From the NCBI GenBank assembly GCA_963706285.1, contig CAVPLU010000004.1, positions 1 through 64,000 of the forward strand: 64,000 nucleotides of DNA. Direction: 5' to 3'. Source of the stretch: Candidatus Bathyarchaeota archaeon (GTDB lineage Archaea; Thermoproteota; Bathyarchaeia; 40CM-2-53-6). Of the stretch, positions 1 to 9,917 are shown piece by piece. The notes beneath the pieces are model-generated. The model had not been told where the DNA came from. It saw only the letters and a list, made by a program, of their open reading frames with translations, and did no database searches. Every line of letters starts with the position of its first letter. The stretch's first letter is position 1. The translations under genes and the position numbers were made by a program.

Positions 1-265
1 CTAACATTGTATGTTCAAACCTATAGAGAATGAGGGTTCGGAAGAACCTTTGACTTGCGTTGATTATGGCGGACCGAATATTCCCGGACAGCACATTTGG
101 TGGCATGGCTTCTATCTTGAATGTATTGGAATGGAAAGGCGGATTCGAGCGGGGCTCCTTGTGCCATAGCACCGGCAGTAGTCAACTCCAAATCCCGTCA
201 TGCTGGCTGTCTTTGGTCGATCTTATCTAGTCTAGATAGCTTGACATCTAACTCGGAAATGATCA

Positions 266-1150
266 TTGAGTCAGTCAGAATTTGAGAAGGAACTAGAGGA
301 ATTTGCTGGAAACCTAGCGACTCTCAAGACGTGCATCTTCTTTTTCCCTCCGAACTCGAGGGAAGAAGATATCATTAATTGCTTTACCTCGTTCAGGCTC
401 GCGTTCTCACAATTAGACAGTTTGGCGAACTTTCTCGACAAGTACGATTCCTTCTTTTCGATTCTGGACACAAAGTTTGGGTTGGACACGGTTCGGCATG
501 TGAAGCTTGTCAAGTCAGAACTCGGGTCGCTAAGGACAAGTCTCAGACAATTGAAGATGCTCATGTCTGAGAAGAAATTTGAACCAGCGGATAATGAGGT
601 GAAGGGTCTCTCAAAACTAGCCGCGGGTCTGATTGAGGGGTCATCTTCGTTATTCTCCGTACCCGCGAAGATAGATTATCCGAGGCTTGATCCGGACGAT
701 TGGAAGATGATTGGAATACCGGGAGTTCACTACAAGAGCAGGGTCTTCTTGAGTTACCAGTGGAGGGACAAAACCCCCACCAAGGATGAGAACGAGTTCC
801 TGATGGGCAACTTCGTCAAGCCCCTACTCGTGGAGATGGGGATAGTGCCTGTTACATTTAGGGATAATTCGCTCCCACAAGACCCTATTGATGACAAGGC
901 GAAGCAACTTATTCGGGGTTGCAACGGGGTTATTGCCTTCTACACCAAGGGCGACCCTATTGGCAACGTTGAGCACGAGATGGCACAGAATCAGAATCTC
1001 GTGGCCATTTGTAATGAGAAAGGATCCCAAGGTCCTTCTATGAGAAGAGACAGAGTGCAGATAGAATTCTCTAGAGATGACATGACACATATGATGCTCG
1101 GCCTTATCAGGGCGCTGAAACAAAACCGCCTATTCAGACTCTGGGTATGA
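266..1150 (+). CDS. Helical N-terminal region plus C-terminal TIR-like / nucleoside deoxyribosyltransferase-like domain
   Basis: C-half RVFLSYQW...QLIRGCNGVIAFYT...NVEHEM follows the TIR beta-A motif and keeps a Glu at the catalytic position. Confidence 0.55.
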   Translation: MSQSEFEKELEEFAGNLATLKTCIFFFPPNSREEDIINCFTSFRLAFSQLDSLANFLDKYDSFFSILDTKFGLDTVRHVKLVKSELGSLRTSLRQLKMLMSEKKFEPADNEVKGLSKLAAGLIEGSSSLFSVPAKIDYPRLDPDDWKMIGIPGVHYKSRVFLSYQWRDKTPTKDENEFLMGNFVKPLLVEMGIVPVTFRDNSLPQDPIDDKAKQLIRGCNGVIAFYTKGDPIGNVEHEMAQNQNLVAICNEKGSQGPSMRRDRVQIEFSRDDMTHMMLGLIRALKQNRLFRLWV

Positions 1151-1480
1151 GGACACTAGGTCTCTGTCTCTAAATTGTGACAGCTCGCCTCTCTGAGTTC
1201 ATCGAATTGCGAAACACTGGTGATCCTACGATGTCACGTGCCCCATAACAGCCTACGGCATCTCTATCTTTGAATGGTGCTGAGCTGTGAGCATCAGGGA
1301 AGACCGCTGCGAGGCGTAGCGAACGAAGAGAGCAGCCGAGCCGTGTCGCCAATACAAGCGCAACAGCGAAGCAACACCCGCGATTGCTGAAGCCGAATGT
1401 TCTCTGAGGGCAAAAGCTCGATCCTAGGCACACGCCTCTCGCTCGTACCTCGAAAGGCATAAGTCGAGAACGCCCGCACG

Positions 1481-2230
1481 TTGGTCTGGTGTCATTTCCT
1501 GACTTCTCGCTGTCACAAGTGCGGATCACAACTGAGGTTTGATGAATCATCGTACTCTTGGATATGCGATGCTTGCACCACCAGAACAGCGTTGACGCAA
1601 CGACAATGCCAATTCTGCGGAGGCACTCCAGAGTATAGACTGAAGCAAGACACGTGGATTTGCACAAAATGTCACAAGGAACCAACTCCTGTTGATCTCA
1701 ACAATCGCGCCGAACGCTTGGCTTGGACTACTTCGGGAAGTCTCTTGGCAGAGACAATTGACCTTGACAAGACTCCAGATTCCACCTACCAGTACGCGAT
1801 CAAGACGATGCAGAGGCTCGGAGCGGTCCCAAAGGATCAAGACTCGCCAAATGTTTTCGACTTCAAGTTTGTGGAGACTGGGGATAGAGGATCAATTCTG
1901 ATTCGGCCCGCATCGGATTCGAGTCATTCAAGTGTGACAATATGCCTTGGGGCGAAGTCCCAACCAGAGAACGCCCAGCGCATGAGGAGTCTAATGAAGC
2001 AAATCATAGTAGAGATGAACCCACCGGAAGCCGTTACTGTAAGACACAGGCGAGATCGTCCAGTATAGTATTGCGAGACATCATTCAGCTTGGATTCAAG
2101 CGGTGCCTTGCTTATCAGGTGTCCTCACTGCGGAGCTCAGAGACCAAAAGCAGACAGGGACCCGCAAGTGAAATGCCCCAACTGCGGCCAGACATATCTG
2201 ATACCCCAGAAACTACTGGGTCTCATCTGA
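1481..2230 (+). CDS. Multi zinc-ribbon protein, interrupted near 2050-2077
   Basis: CHKC/CDAC/CQFC/CTKC at the N-terminus. After TAG 2066-2068 the same frame continues ...LLIRCPHCGAQRPKADRDPQVKCPNCGQTY to TGA 2228-2230. Confidence 0.6.
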
Positions 2231-2645
2231 GACCAATCTCATCGTTTTCTCCAGAGCGGACTCGCAACACGCCTCGTGCGAATTGACTGTAGAAAAACGG
2301 GCTAGGGGGGCCCTACTTTCCCACCTTCTAAAAAAGCAGATGTATGCTTCTTCTGCATACCCATTTCTGGTCTTGGTACCGCGTACCCTGTCGAACATAT
2401 TTCCGGTAGCTGACTTAATCGGGTCAGGCTTTACCTATGACGTATGTCGCTATAGCTGGATGAGCTAATCCTCAGACTACGTGTTTATGCTCATACAACG
2501 AAGATTGGAGATAGATCTCGGAGGAGTTGGTGGCTTCGCGTTCGGGTTTCTAGCGGAGTATATTGTGAAGGTGGCTGAATGACAAGAGCTATACCTCGAA
2601 TTTGGTGATGCATACTATGCTGGTTCTAGGATAAGACTGCCCGGT

Positions 2646-3689
2646 GTGCTCGTCGTGCTGGCGATTATGCTTGCGGTTCTCAGCGGAGGATTTACGCAGG
2701 CGGGGTACTACGTGAATCCTGATGCCAAGACAATCACGGCAACGACCACTCGATCGACGACCGTATACTCAACGATACCTGTAGCAACGAGAACTGAAAC
2801 GCAAATTATGCAAACAACCACAGCAATATCGCTACACAAAGTGCTGAGCATCCAACAACCCAACACTTACAATGGGTTCTGCTACTTTGCAATGAATTAC
2901 ATGCCCCTTAAGGCAGGAAAGCTGCACATATCATGGACTTCGGTGGTCACTCACCGGCAGCCCCAGATCCTTCTGGATCACCTACCCCCTATGCGCCCAA
3001 CTTCTTCTTGGTAGATAGCTACTATGCCTTTGTATTGCTTGGTAGTATCATGTATTGTTCCAGCCCAAAGGTTCCAGTCCTTTCCGAAGTTTACAACAAA
3101 CAATCCTATGACCTGACTGTCAACATTCCATCGAGTGGAAACTACACTCTTATTGTCGCGAATTTCGTGCGGGGATCTAGTGTCGTGGTGACTCTAGATG
3201 CTGTACAGGAACAACAAACGCAGGTAACCACGATGCAGTACTCCACGCTGTGGACGACGATGACCTATAGCAGCAATCTGGTGTATACGACGACGATAGT
3301 GTATACGGAAAGCACTACTGCTCAGACTGCCACTCGAACTAGCTCAACACATAGAACCATCTTTGCTCAAGTTCAGCAGGCAAACGACATTCCGATTTTG
3401 GTCGCATTGATGGTCATTATTGTAGCGTTAGTGGCCTTGGTTTTTTTCATGAGAAGAAAGAAAGTTGTTCCGCCGACGCCCGTTCAGCGTCCAACAATTG
3501 TCCCACCTAGTACGACTGTTCAGCATCACACGCCAGTTCCAACTGAGGTGACTTATCAACCAACTCCCAAGACTGTTCCTTCAAGTCCTGCGCCTATTGC
3601 GTCAACGAAGTTCTGTGGGCGTTGCGGGAGCTAAGATTCCACGCGACAGCGCCTACTGTGAAGAATGTGGTGCTCGACTAGTCGGGTAA
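2646..3689 (+). CDS. Thr-rich surface/membrane protein with C-terminal TM and double zinc ribbon (two frameshifts)
   Basis: Signal-like N-terminus, Thr-rich tracts, TM IPILVALMVIIVALVALVFF, Pro-rich linker, KFCGRCG; a +1 shift gives KIPRDSAYCEECGARLVG with TAA at 3687-3689. Confidence 0.7.
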
Positions 3690-3831
3690 CCGGACAGATG
3701 AGACTATTGGCAGATGGCACTGCGAGGATATGAGAGTGTGATATGTGAGCCTTAGCCAGCATTCCATGAGTGCGTAGGAATGCCAAGAGTTATACCTTGA
3801 ACTATGAGATACAGGCCTACTTGTTCCTAGA

Positions 3832-4732
3832 ATGAAAACTGTTAGTGCACTTGTCGTGTTGGCAGTTGTGCTTGCAGTTATGGGAGCCGGATTGTTATAC
3901 TCAGGGTACAATGAGCCCCTGCAGGTTGCAACCTCAACGAACATTCGATCCTATACTACGACTTTGACGAGAACTATCGTGCTTACCAGCACGGAATCCT
4001 TCGTGACAGTGACAAACAGCACCGTTTTGCTTCTCAACGGGGAGGTGATCAATATCGATGCGGCAGGCGATCTATATTGTGGTCGTCTTATGCATTTCAC
4101 TCTGAATCTTACGGCAGGTCAAGTGCATGTCTCATACAAAACAACAACTGAATATGCTGATCGTGTATATTTCTGGATGCTCACGCGTAGTGACTACTTC
4201 GGATTGGTCACCTCTTCTTCCACCTGTGAGATTTTTGGTTTTGAACCCAAGGACAGTTTCTCTGTCAAGGGGTGGACGCTCTGGTGACTTTGCAAAGCAG
4301 GTGCCTTCCAGCGGAGAATATTACTTTGTCTTTGGGAACTATGACAAGAACCACGTTGCGGCAATAATCATCAGCATTGATCAGCAAACACAATCCACGA
4401 TCACAAACATGCTTACGGTTTATTCGACGCGGCAGACCACCGTAACGACCGTGAGCACCACGTCTATTCCAACCGCTACTAATACTCAATCTTGGATAGA
4501 TTACGGGCTGCTTTTGGCTTCAGGAACGATCGTGGTTGTCGTGATAGTCGCCGCTTTGTTTATCATGAGGAGAAAGTCCGTACCGCCGACGCTCATCCAA
4601 CATCCTGCAGTTACGCCCAGCCCTGCACTAGCTTCGCCGACGAAGTTCTGTCGTCATTGCGGTGCGAAGATTCCGCGTGACAGCAAACATTGCGAAGAAT
4701 GTGGCGCTCGGCTCGTGGGATTGCAGGAATAG
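3832..4732 (+). CDS. Tandem paralog of the preceding Thr-rich TM + double zinc-ribbon protein (frameshift ~4270)
   Basis: Same architecture; ends TKFCRHCGAKIPRDSKHCEECGARLVGLQE. Confidence 0.75.
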
Positions 4733-5108
4733 CTGACATTCGTGGCGGACCGGTGGAGATGGCCCAAAATATTGGATGCCACTTATTTTAGAGAGTATTT
4801 TGGGATTGGGGCGTCCTTATCGGGCTGGGTTTCTTCTCTTGCCGTTATCACGTTCGCAACTGACTGAGTAACTCGCAAGTGTGTTATAGTAGGAAAAGAG
4901 AATTGTGGGTCGTCGTTTGAGGTTTGACCTTGGCGACCGCTTGTGAATGTGGACGTTCATGGGAGCACGCTCACTATTCTAGAGATCATGATTGGCTTGT
5001 CAAGTCTGGTCTGCTCACGGTACTATCAGCTGAGGCATTTGGTTTCCTGCACAGGTACATTGAAGCGTCAACAGTTTCCTACCCTCCGTACACGCAGGAT
5101 ACGGCGTA

Positions 5109-5382
5109 CTATGGAGTCGCAGTCGTTCTTGTGATATGTTTCCAGCGGTAGAATCCGTCTAGGTCCTCAACTAGCTTAGCCTTACGTGCCTCACTAAATG
5201 TCGCGGAAGCTAGGAATCCCTTAACGGATTCAGGGTCTAGTAGGTTTGCTCGTCTAGCCACCGACTTCAACGCTTGAATACAGTAGTGGATGGTGGATTC
5301 GCGGTAGCCTTGCTTCTGCATCCATAACCCGTAGTTGATATGATCTCCCTTCGATTGGGAGGGTAGGGGGTTTAGTGAAAAG
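5109..5382 (-). mobile_element. Truncated tyrosine recombinase/integrase (N-terminal core-binding domain only) abutting tRNA-Ser
   Basis: INYGLWMQKQGYRESTI...LLDPESVKGFLA...KAKLVEDLDGFYRW resembles the N-domain of archaeal integrases. The frame is open through the tRNA 3' half; no catalytic domain follows. Confidence 0.65.
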
Positions 5383-5492
5383 CGCCGGGGGTGGGATTTG
5401 AACCCACGAGGCCCGAAGACCATCGGCTTAGCAAGCCGACGCCTTACCTGGCTGCCCAATGCGTTCTTCGCGCATTTCTAGGCAACCCCGGC
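5383..5492 (-). tRNA. tRNA-Ser(GCT) with 26-nt non-canonical D-loop intron (5452-5477)
   Basis: Acceptor GCCGGGG/CCCCGGC, anticodon arm TCGGC-TTGCTAA-GCCGA, long variable arm, T-arm GTGGG-TTCAAAT-CCCAC; intron hairpin AATGCG/CGCATT. Confidence 0.92.
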
Positions 5493-5575
5493 ATACAATT
5501 AAGCTTGAGCGCCCGCGGAGACTGATAACGCTTCCGTCGAGCCGCAAACAATCCCTTGCACAGTTTTCCCGGTGA

Positions 5576-5993
5576 CTAGGCTTCCTGTTCGATACGGTAA
5601 CTTGTCGTCACTTTGACTTCCGGACGGAAGATTCCTCTTACTGAGCAGTATTTCTGTTCTGAAAGCTCGATCGCTCTCTTCACCGCTGACTCTCTCAGGT
5701 TCCGTCCACGTACAACATACTCGATCTGCACATCCTCGTAGTATCGTGGATCCTTCTCTCTCCTTGTTCCTGTAACGATTCATTTCAAGGCCAGTGACTT
5801 CTTGGCGTTGACGCTTCAGAATCCAGACGATATCCATACCTGTGCATCCGCCCAGTCCGACGAGCACAAGCTTGACTGGTCGGAACCCGTGGCCCTCGCC
5901 GCCGCTTTCGGCGTCCGTATCCATCGTGAGTGAGTCGCCTTCTTCTGTGGTCGCTGTGAAGCGCATTCCTCCATCCCACTTTACATTGACCAA
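5576..5993 (-). CDS. OsmC/Ohr family protein (frameshift ~5777)
   Basis: GFRPVKLVLVGLGGCTGMD; corrected frame gives RAIELSEQKYCSV with TAG at 5576-5578. Confidence 0.85.
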
Positions 5994-6151
5994 CCGCTTG
6001 GTCCTCCTTAACGAGATGAGCGTGCGTTCGTGGATACAAATACTTGCATTCCCGATCAGCGTTGAACAAGGAGACTCGAAAAGTCACTAGCAGAGCATTT
6101 ATTCTCAAGCGGATCTGGAGTACTGTGTAATAGTGGGAGGTTTCTGCTGCT

Positions 6152-6802
6152 TTGTTCGAGTATGGGGGCGTGAAGATTAGTTGGCTTGGTCACGACGGCT
6201 TCAGAATCAAGAACGCAAAGACGATCTACATCGATCCATACGAGATCAAAGGCGGAGAGAAAGCTAACATCCTCTTGATCAGCCACGATCACTTCGACCA
6301 TTGTAGCCCCGAAGACATCGACAAGATAGTCTCTCAAGAGACGATCATAATCACAACAGAAGAATCGAAACGCAGACTCTCGAAGATCAAAGCAAAGGAG
6401 ATACGAGTAACGAAGCCGGGCGAGAAGATCGTCATTGATGATGTCTCAATCGAGGCGGTTCCCGCATACAACGTGAACAAGTTCAGGTCTCCAGGTCAAC
6501 CCTTCCATCCGAAGCAGACAGGGATGGTCGGTTTCATCGTGACCGTGAACGGCGTCAGAATCTATCACGCAGGAGATACTGATATGATTCCAGAGATGGA
6601 TCGCTTCAAGGTTGACATTGCGTGCATACCAGTCAGCGGCACTTATGTGATGACTGCGGAGGAAGCCGCAGAGTCCACTAAGCACATCAAACCGAAGATC
6701 GCAATTCCGATGCATTACGGAGCAATTGTTGGCGACAAAGCTGACGCTGAGAAGTTCAAGAGACTAGCGTCGTGCGAGGTTCAAATACTCTCGAAAGAGT
6801 AG
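6152..6802 (+). CDS. MBL-fold metallo-hydrolase
   Basis: WLGHDGF, SHDHFDH, YHAGDT, IPMHYG motifs. Confidence 0.9.
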   Translation: MFEYGGVKISWLGHDGFRIKNAKTIYIDPYEIKGGEKANILLISHDHFDHCSPEDIDKIVSQETIIITTEESKRRLSKIKAKEIRVTKPGEKIVIDDVSIEAVPAYNVNKFRSPGQPFHPKQTGMVGFIVTVNGVRIYHAGDTDMIPEMDRFKVDIACIPVSGTYVMTAEEAAESTKHIKPKIAIPMHYGAIVGDKADAEKFKRLASCEVQILSKE

Positions 6803-6841
6803 CCTCGATCGCTGTTAGGGCGGGTGCCCGTCTCTGGTTCT

Positions 6842-6994
6842 CTAGAGTCTACGCTTTACGCGGCGTAGTCCTCTCTTGAGACTTCGCGTTGTCTTTCGGA
6901 TTGTTCTCTTTGCTTTTCCGCGTATGGTTCTCGGTCGTCGGCTACGTTTGCGAGAACTGCGTTTCCGAGTTGCACGCTTTTTTCGCTTTGGCAT
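6842..6994 (-). CDS. 50-aa Arg/Lys-rich protamine-like protein (absent from the ORF track)
   Basis: Hand translation MPKRKKRATRKRSSRKRSRRPRTIRGKAKRTIRKTTRSLKRGLRRVKRRL*; ATG to TAG fits the intergenic gap. Confidence 0.7.
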   Translation of the reverse strand: MPKRKKRATRKRSSRKRSRRPRTIRGKAKRTIRKTTRSLKRGLRRVKRRL

Positions 6995-7073
6995 AACTGA
7001 GTATCATTCTCTTGGGATCAAAAGGATTTCGGAACAGCGAATTTCCTCAGAAGCGAATGAAGTATCAGGTTTG

Positions 7074-7937
7074 TCATTGCAGTTTCTTAACAAATGCCCG
7101 CATGGGATGTTGTAGTGTGAGTTGATCGAGCGGAATTTCCAGAAGCTCTCCTCTAGAGCTCGCGACAAAAGCATCATGCGTTTCTTTCACGACTAGGTCG
7201 AGTTTTGCGATCTTCTCACGTAACGCGCTGTTGGTCTTGGCTGAAGATAGTGTTTTGAAAATGTTCGGTGCGATGAGTTTAGCGCAGGCGAACATTGCCC
7301 ATGCTAGGTCTCTGATCTCCCATTGTGCATCGGCGGCGCATCTTAGTTCAAGAACATGCAGCAGTTGTCTGGGATTCATTGAGGCAACAATGTTGGTTAC
7401 AGCAGCGTTTGGTCGCACGTATCTTGCGTCTTCAGCTCTGACTCCTGCTTTGAGAAGTCCTTCCTCCATCTGTGCTGCTGCATCAATCATATCTTCGTAA
7501 CTCATCTCAATGTTCTTGTCACGGATCTGCACCGGAACTCTAACATCTTCTCGGATGGCGGGTGGTTTGATGTGACCGTGGCTGCGTGTTATCTTCACAT
7601 ATCGTTGGCTTTGCTGAGAAAAGGAGGCGAGCCTGTGGCGAACCAGTTGGTGCGTACAAGCCCGAGAGACATGCTCCAGATCGAAAGTCAATAGGCCATG
7701 TTCGAGGATGTCGTGATGTTCAAGTTCAATCGCTTTCTGCAGTAGCGCCTCAACTCTCTGGGCATCGAGAGGTCTCTCATCCTCAAGAGCATGGGTTTTC
7801 TCATCCGAGTGCAAGTATAGGTCGTAGCTTGTATGTGGTGAGTAACATGAACGCATGGCTGCCGCGCATACACGCTCCACGTCGGGATCGTATGAGAAGA
7901 GGATCACTTTCGATTCTGTCGCGTCCAAGACTCTCAC
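7074..7937 (-). CDS. thyX: FAD-dependent thymidylate synthase
   Basis: SRACTHQLVRHRLASFSQQSQRY ThyX motif; EDARY; AQWEIR. Confidence 0.95.
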   Translation of the reverse strand: MRVLDATESKVILFSYDPDVERVCAAAMRSCYSPHTSYDLYLHSDEKTHALEDERPLDAQRVEALLQKAIELEHHDILEHGLLTFDLEHVSRACTHQLVRHRLASFSQQSQRYVKITRSHGHIKPPAIREDVRVPVQIRDKNIEMSYEDMIDAAAQMEEGLLKAGVRAEDARYVRPNAAVTNIVASMNPRQLLHVLELRCAADAQWEIRDLAWAMFACAKLIAPNIFKTLSSAKTNSALREKIAKLDLVVKETHDAFVASSRGELLEIPLDQLTLQHPMRAFVKKLQ

Positions 7938-8022
7938 TAGAACTCCGCGAAATGAGATTCCCTATGGCGGCGCTTTAGTCTCTTCGGTCTCAGAGAATCA
8001 TCCATGACGGGAATAAGCCTAA

Positions 8023-8397
8023 ATGAGCGTTCGCCTGATGCAGGCGCCTCAACAGGGAGCAGCATCAATTTTGTCGTGGACGGATGAACGTGCAAAGGTT
8101 CTTGCAGATCTCAAGAAGCTTGAGCCGACTGATCGACTTTCACTCTATTCAAGTCTGATCAAACTGAACTCTGCACTCTTCGAGAGTGTGCGTGGTTGGG
8201 ACAGTTGGCTGAGGAATCCCCCATTCATGGACACCTTCTCACAGGAAGAACTCAACGAAATCTTCACGAATTTCAAAGATGTCACAACGAGATTCTTGGA
8301 AGAAGATATCAAGTGGACAGGAACAAAGGAAAAGGAACAGGGCCTCCCGAAGATAATGAAAACAGACAAGGACGAGGGCGAGAGACGCTACGCCTAG
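8023..8397 (+). CDS. DUF2153-like archaeal protein
   Basis: DRL...SVRGWDSWLRNP...FSQEELNEI pattern. Confidence 0.65.
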   Translation: MSVRLMQAPQQGAASILSWTDERAKVLADLKKLEPTDRLSLYSSLIKLNSALFESVRGWDSWLRNPPFMDTFSQEELNEIFTNFKDVTTRFLEEDIKWTGTKEKEQGLPKIMKTDKDEGERRYA

Positions 8398-8419
8398 CCG
8401 ACTGCAGGAGTAGGATATC

Positions 8420-8884
8420 ATGAGCTGCGCGCCGTTTGTTCAAACCCCAGTTGAAGTTGCAAAGAAGATAATTCAGCTCGCGGAGCTCAAACCAGGCCAG
8501 AAACTATTCGATCTCGGCGCGGGAGACGGTAGACTCGTGATAATGGCTGCCCAAGAGACAGAAGCTTCCTCAGTTGGGGTGGAAATGAGAGATGATCTAG
8601 TTGAGCGTGCACGCTCAGAGATTAAGAAGCTAAGCCTTGAAGGTAGAGTCAGAATGATTCATGATGATTTCTTCAACGTGGATCTAAGCGAAGCTGATGT
8701 CGTGACCCTCTATCTGACCACGAGCGGAAACGAGCGCCTCCGACCCAAGCTGGAAAGTGAGCTTAAGGAAGGCGCGAAGGTCATCTCACACGATTTCAAA
8801 GTCGGCAACTGGAAACCATCCGTGGTTTACAGTGAACTGCTCGGGCACACGATCTACTCATACAAAGTCGGAGAACAGCTCTAG
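8420..8884 (+). CDS. Class I SAM-dependent methyltransferase (archaeal protein-lysine MTase-like)
   Basis: APFVQTP, DLGAGDGR, DVVTLYL, VISHDF. Confidence 0.85.
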   Translation: MSCAPFVQTPVEVAKKIIQLAELKPGQKLFDLGAGDGRLVIMAAQETEASSVGVEMRDDLVERARSEIKKLSLEGRVRMIHDDFFNVDLSEADVVTLYLTTSGNERLRPKLESELKEGAKVISHDFKVGNWKPSVVYSELLGHTIYSYKVGEQL

Positions 8885-8960
8885 GCGAATGTAATATCAG
8901 GCGAGCTTGAGAACTGTCCTCTAATGCTTCACTCGTCCTGAAAGGCTCCTTCCACCAGGA

Positions 8961-9863
8961 ATGAGGTCGACACGATTGGTTACGAGTTTCCGCGTCTCGG
9001 TCGCGGTGATGGCATTATCGGGCGTGCTTTGGGGCACGTCCTTTGTTGCCATGAAGGTGGGCCTCGAATATGTTGATCCGTACTCCTTTGTTTTTCTGAG
9101 AATGGTCGTGGCTTTTGTTTTCTCGGCCGCTTTTCTATTCTTCAGGCAACGGCCAAGAGTGAGCGTGCTTCGCGACTGGAGGATCTGGGTGCTCGGGATA
9201 CTGAACGGTGCAGCTTATGTCATTCAGTACGTGGGCATTTCCTATACCACTGCCACGAGAACCGCCCTAATCGTAAATTCAAACGTGGCTTTCACTGCAT
9301 TGCTCAGCTGGAAGATGTTGCAGGAACCGATCGGGCTCGGAGTTCTCTTCGCAATTCCGTTGGCTGCTCTGGGCATATTCCTTCTGACTACTGGCGGAGA
9401 TCTCAGCACGCTGGCGGGCGGACAATCGACTGGTGATCTCCTCGTGCTTGTATCTGGCTTGATCTGGTCAGTGTTCCTTGTGCTCAACAAGAAGGTCGTC
9501 TCGGAGAAGGACTCTAGCGTATCTCAGATGGTAGCGTGGGTGTTGCTTGCCATGACTGTCTCGATCGCTCCCGTAGCTGTGACTTTCGGGAATTTCAGGA
9601 GTAGCATGCTTCCCTGGGAGGCGTGGGTAGCCATCATCTATACGGCTGTCATCTGCACAGCGGTGCCGTACTTTCTCTTCACGATGGCGCAAAGAGCTGT
9701 TGGCGCCACACTCTCTGCGCTCGTTCTCTTGATCGAGGTCGTCGTCGCTATTGTGTCCTCAGCATTGATTCTGAATGAACAATTCGCGATCGGGAGCGGG
9801 CTTGGAGCCGTACTTGTCTGCGCATCCATACTCCTAGCCTCCCGAACCCCCCGTTCAAGATAG
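8961..9863 (+). CDS. DMT/EamA family transporter
   Basis: About 10 TM helices, LWGTSF motif, duplicated EamA halves. Confidence 0.9.
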   Translation: MRSTRLVTSFRVSVAVMALSGVLWGTSFVAMKVGLEYVDPYSFVFLRMVVAFVFSAAFLFFRQRPRVSVLRDWRIWVLGILNGAAYVIQYVGISYTTATRTALIVNSNVAFTALLSWKMLQEPIGLGVLFAIPLAALGIFLLTTGGDLSTLAGGQSTGDLLVLVSGLIWSVFLVLNKKVVSEKDSSVSQMVAWVLLAMTVSIAPVAVTFGNFRSSMLPWEAWVAIIYTAVICTAVPYFLFTMAQRAVGATLSALVLLIEVVVAIVSSALILNEQFAIGSGLGAVLVCASILLASRTPRSR

Positions 9864-9917
9864 AGTCTCGCAAATTTCATACGGGACGCAGACGTTTCTT
9901 CATCAAAGGCGACGCAA

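Noticed and set aside
2487-2582. Short ORF LGGVGGFAFGFLAEYIVKVA resembling a FUN14 fragment
   Set aside because: About 30 codons; similarity too weak to support.
3440-4720. DGR template/variable repeat pair in the two zinc-ribbon tails
   Set aside because: Differences are not adenine-specific, both copies are coding, and no reverse transcriptase is visible.
6876-7115. 79-aa Arg/Phe-rich plus-strand ORF
   Set aside because: Most likely the antisense shadow of the minus-strand basic microprotein; it also overlaps the thyX end.
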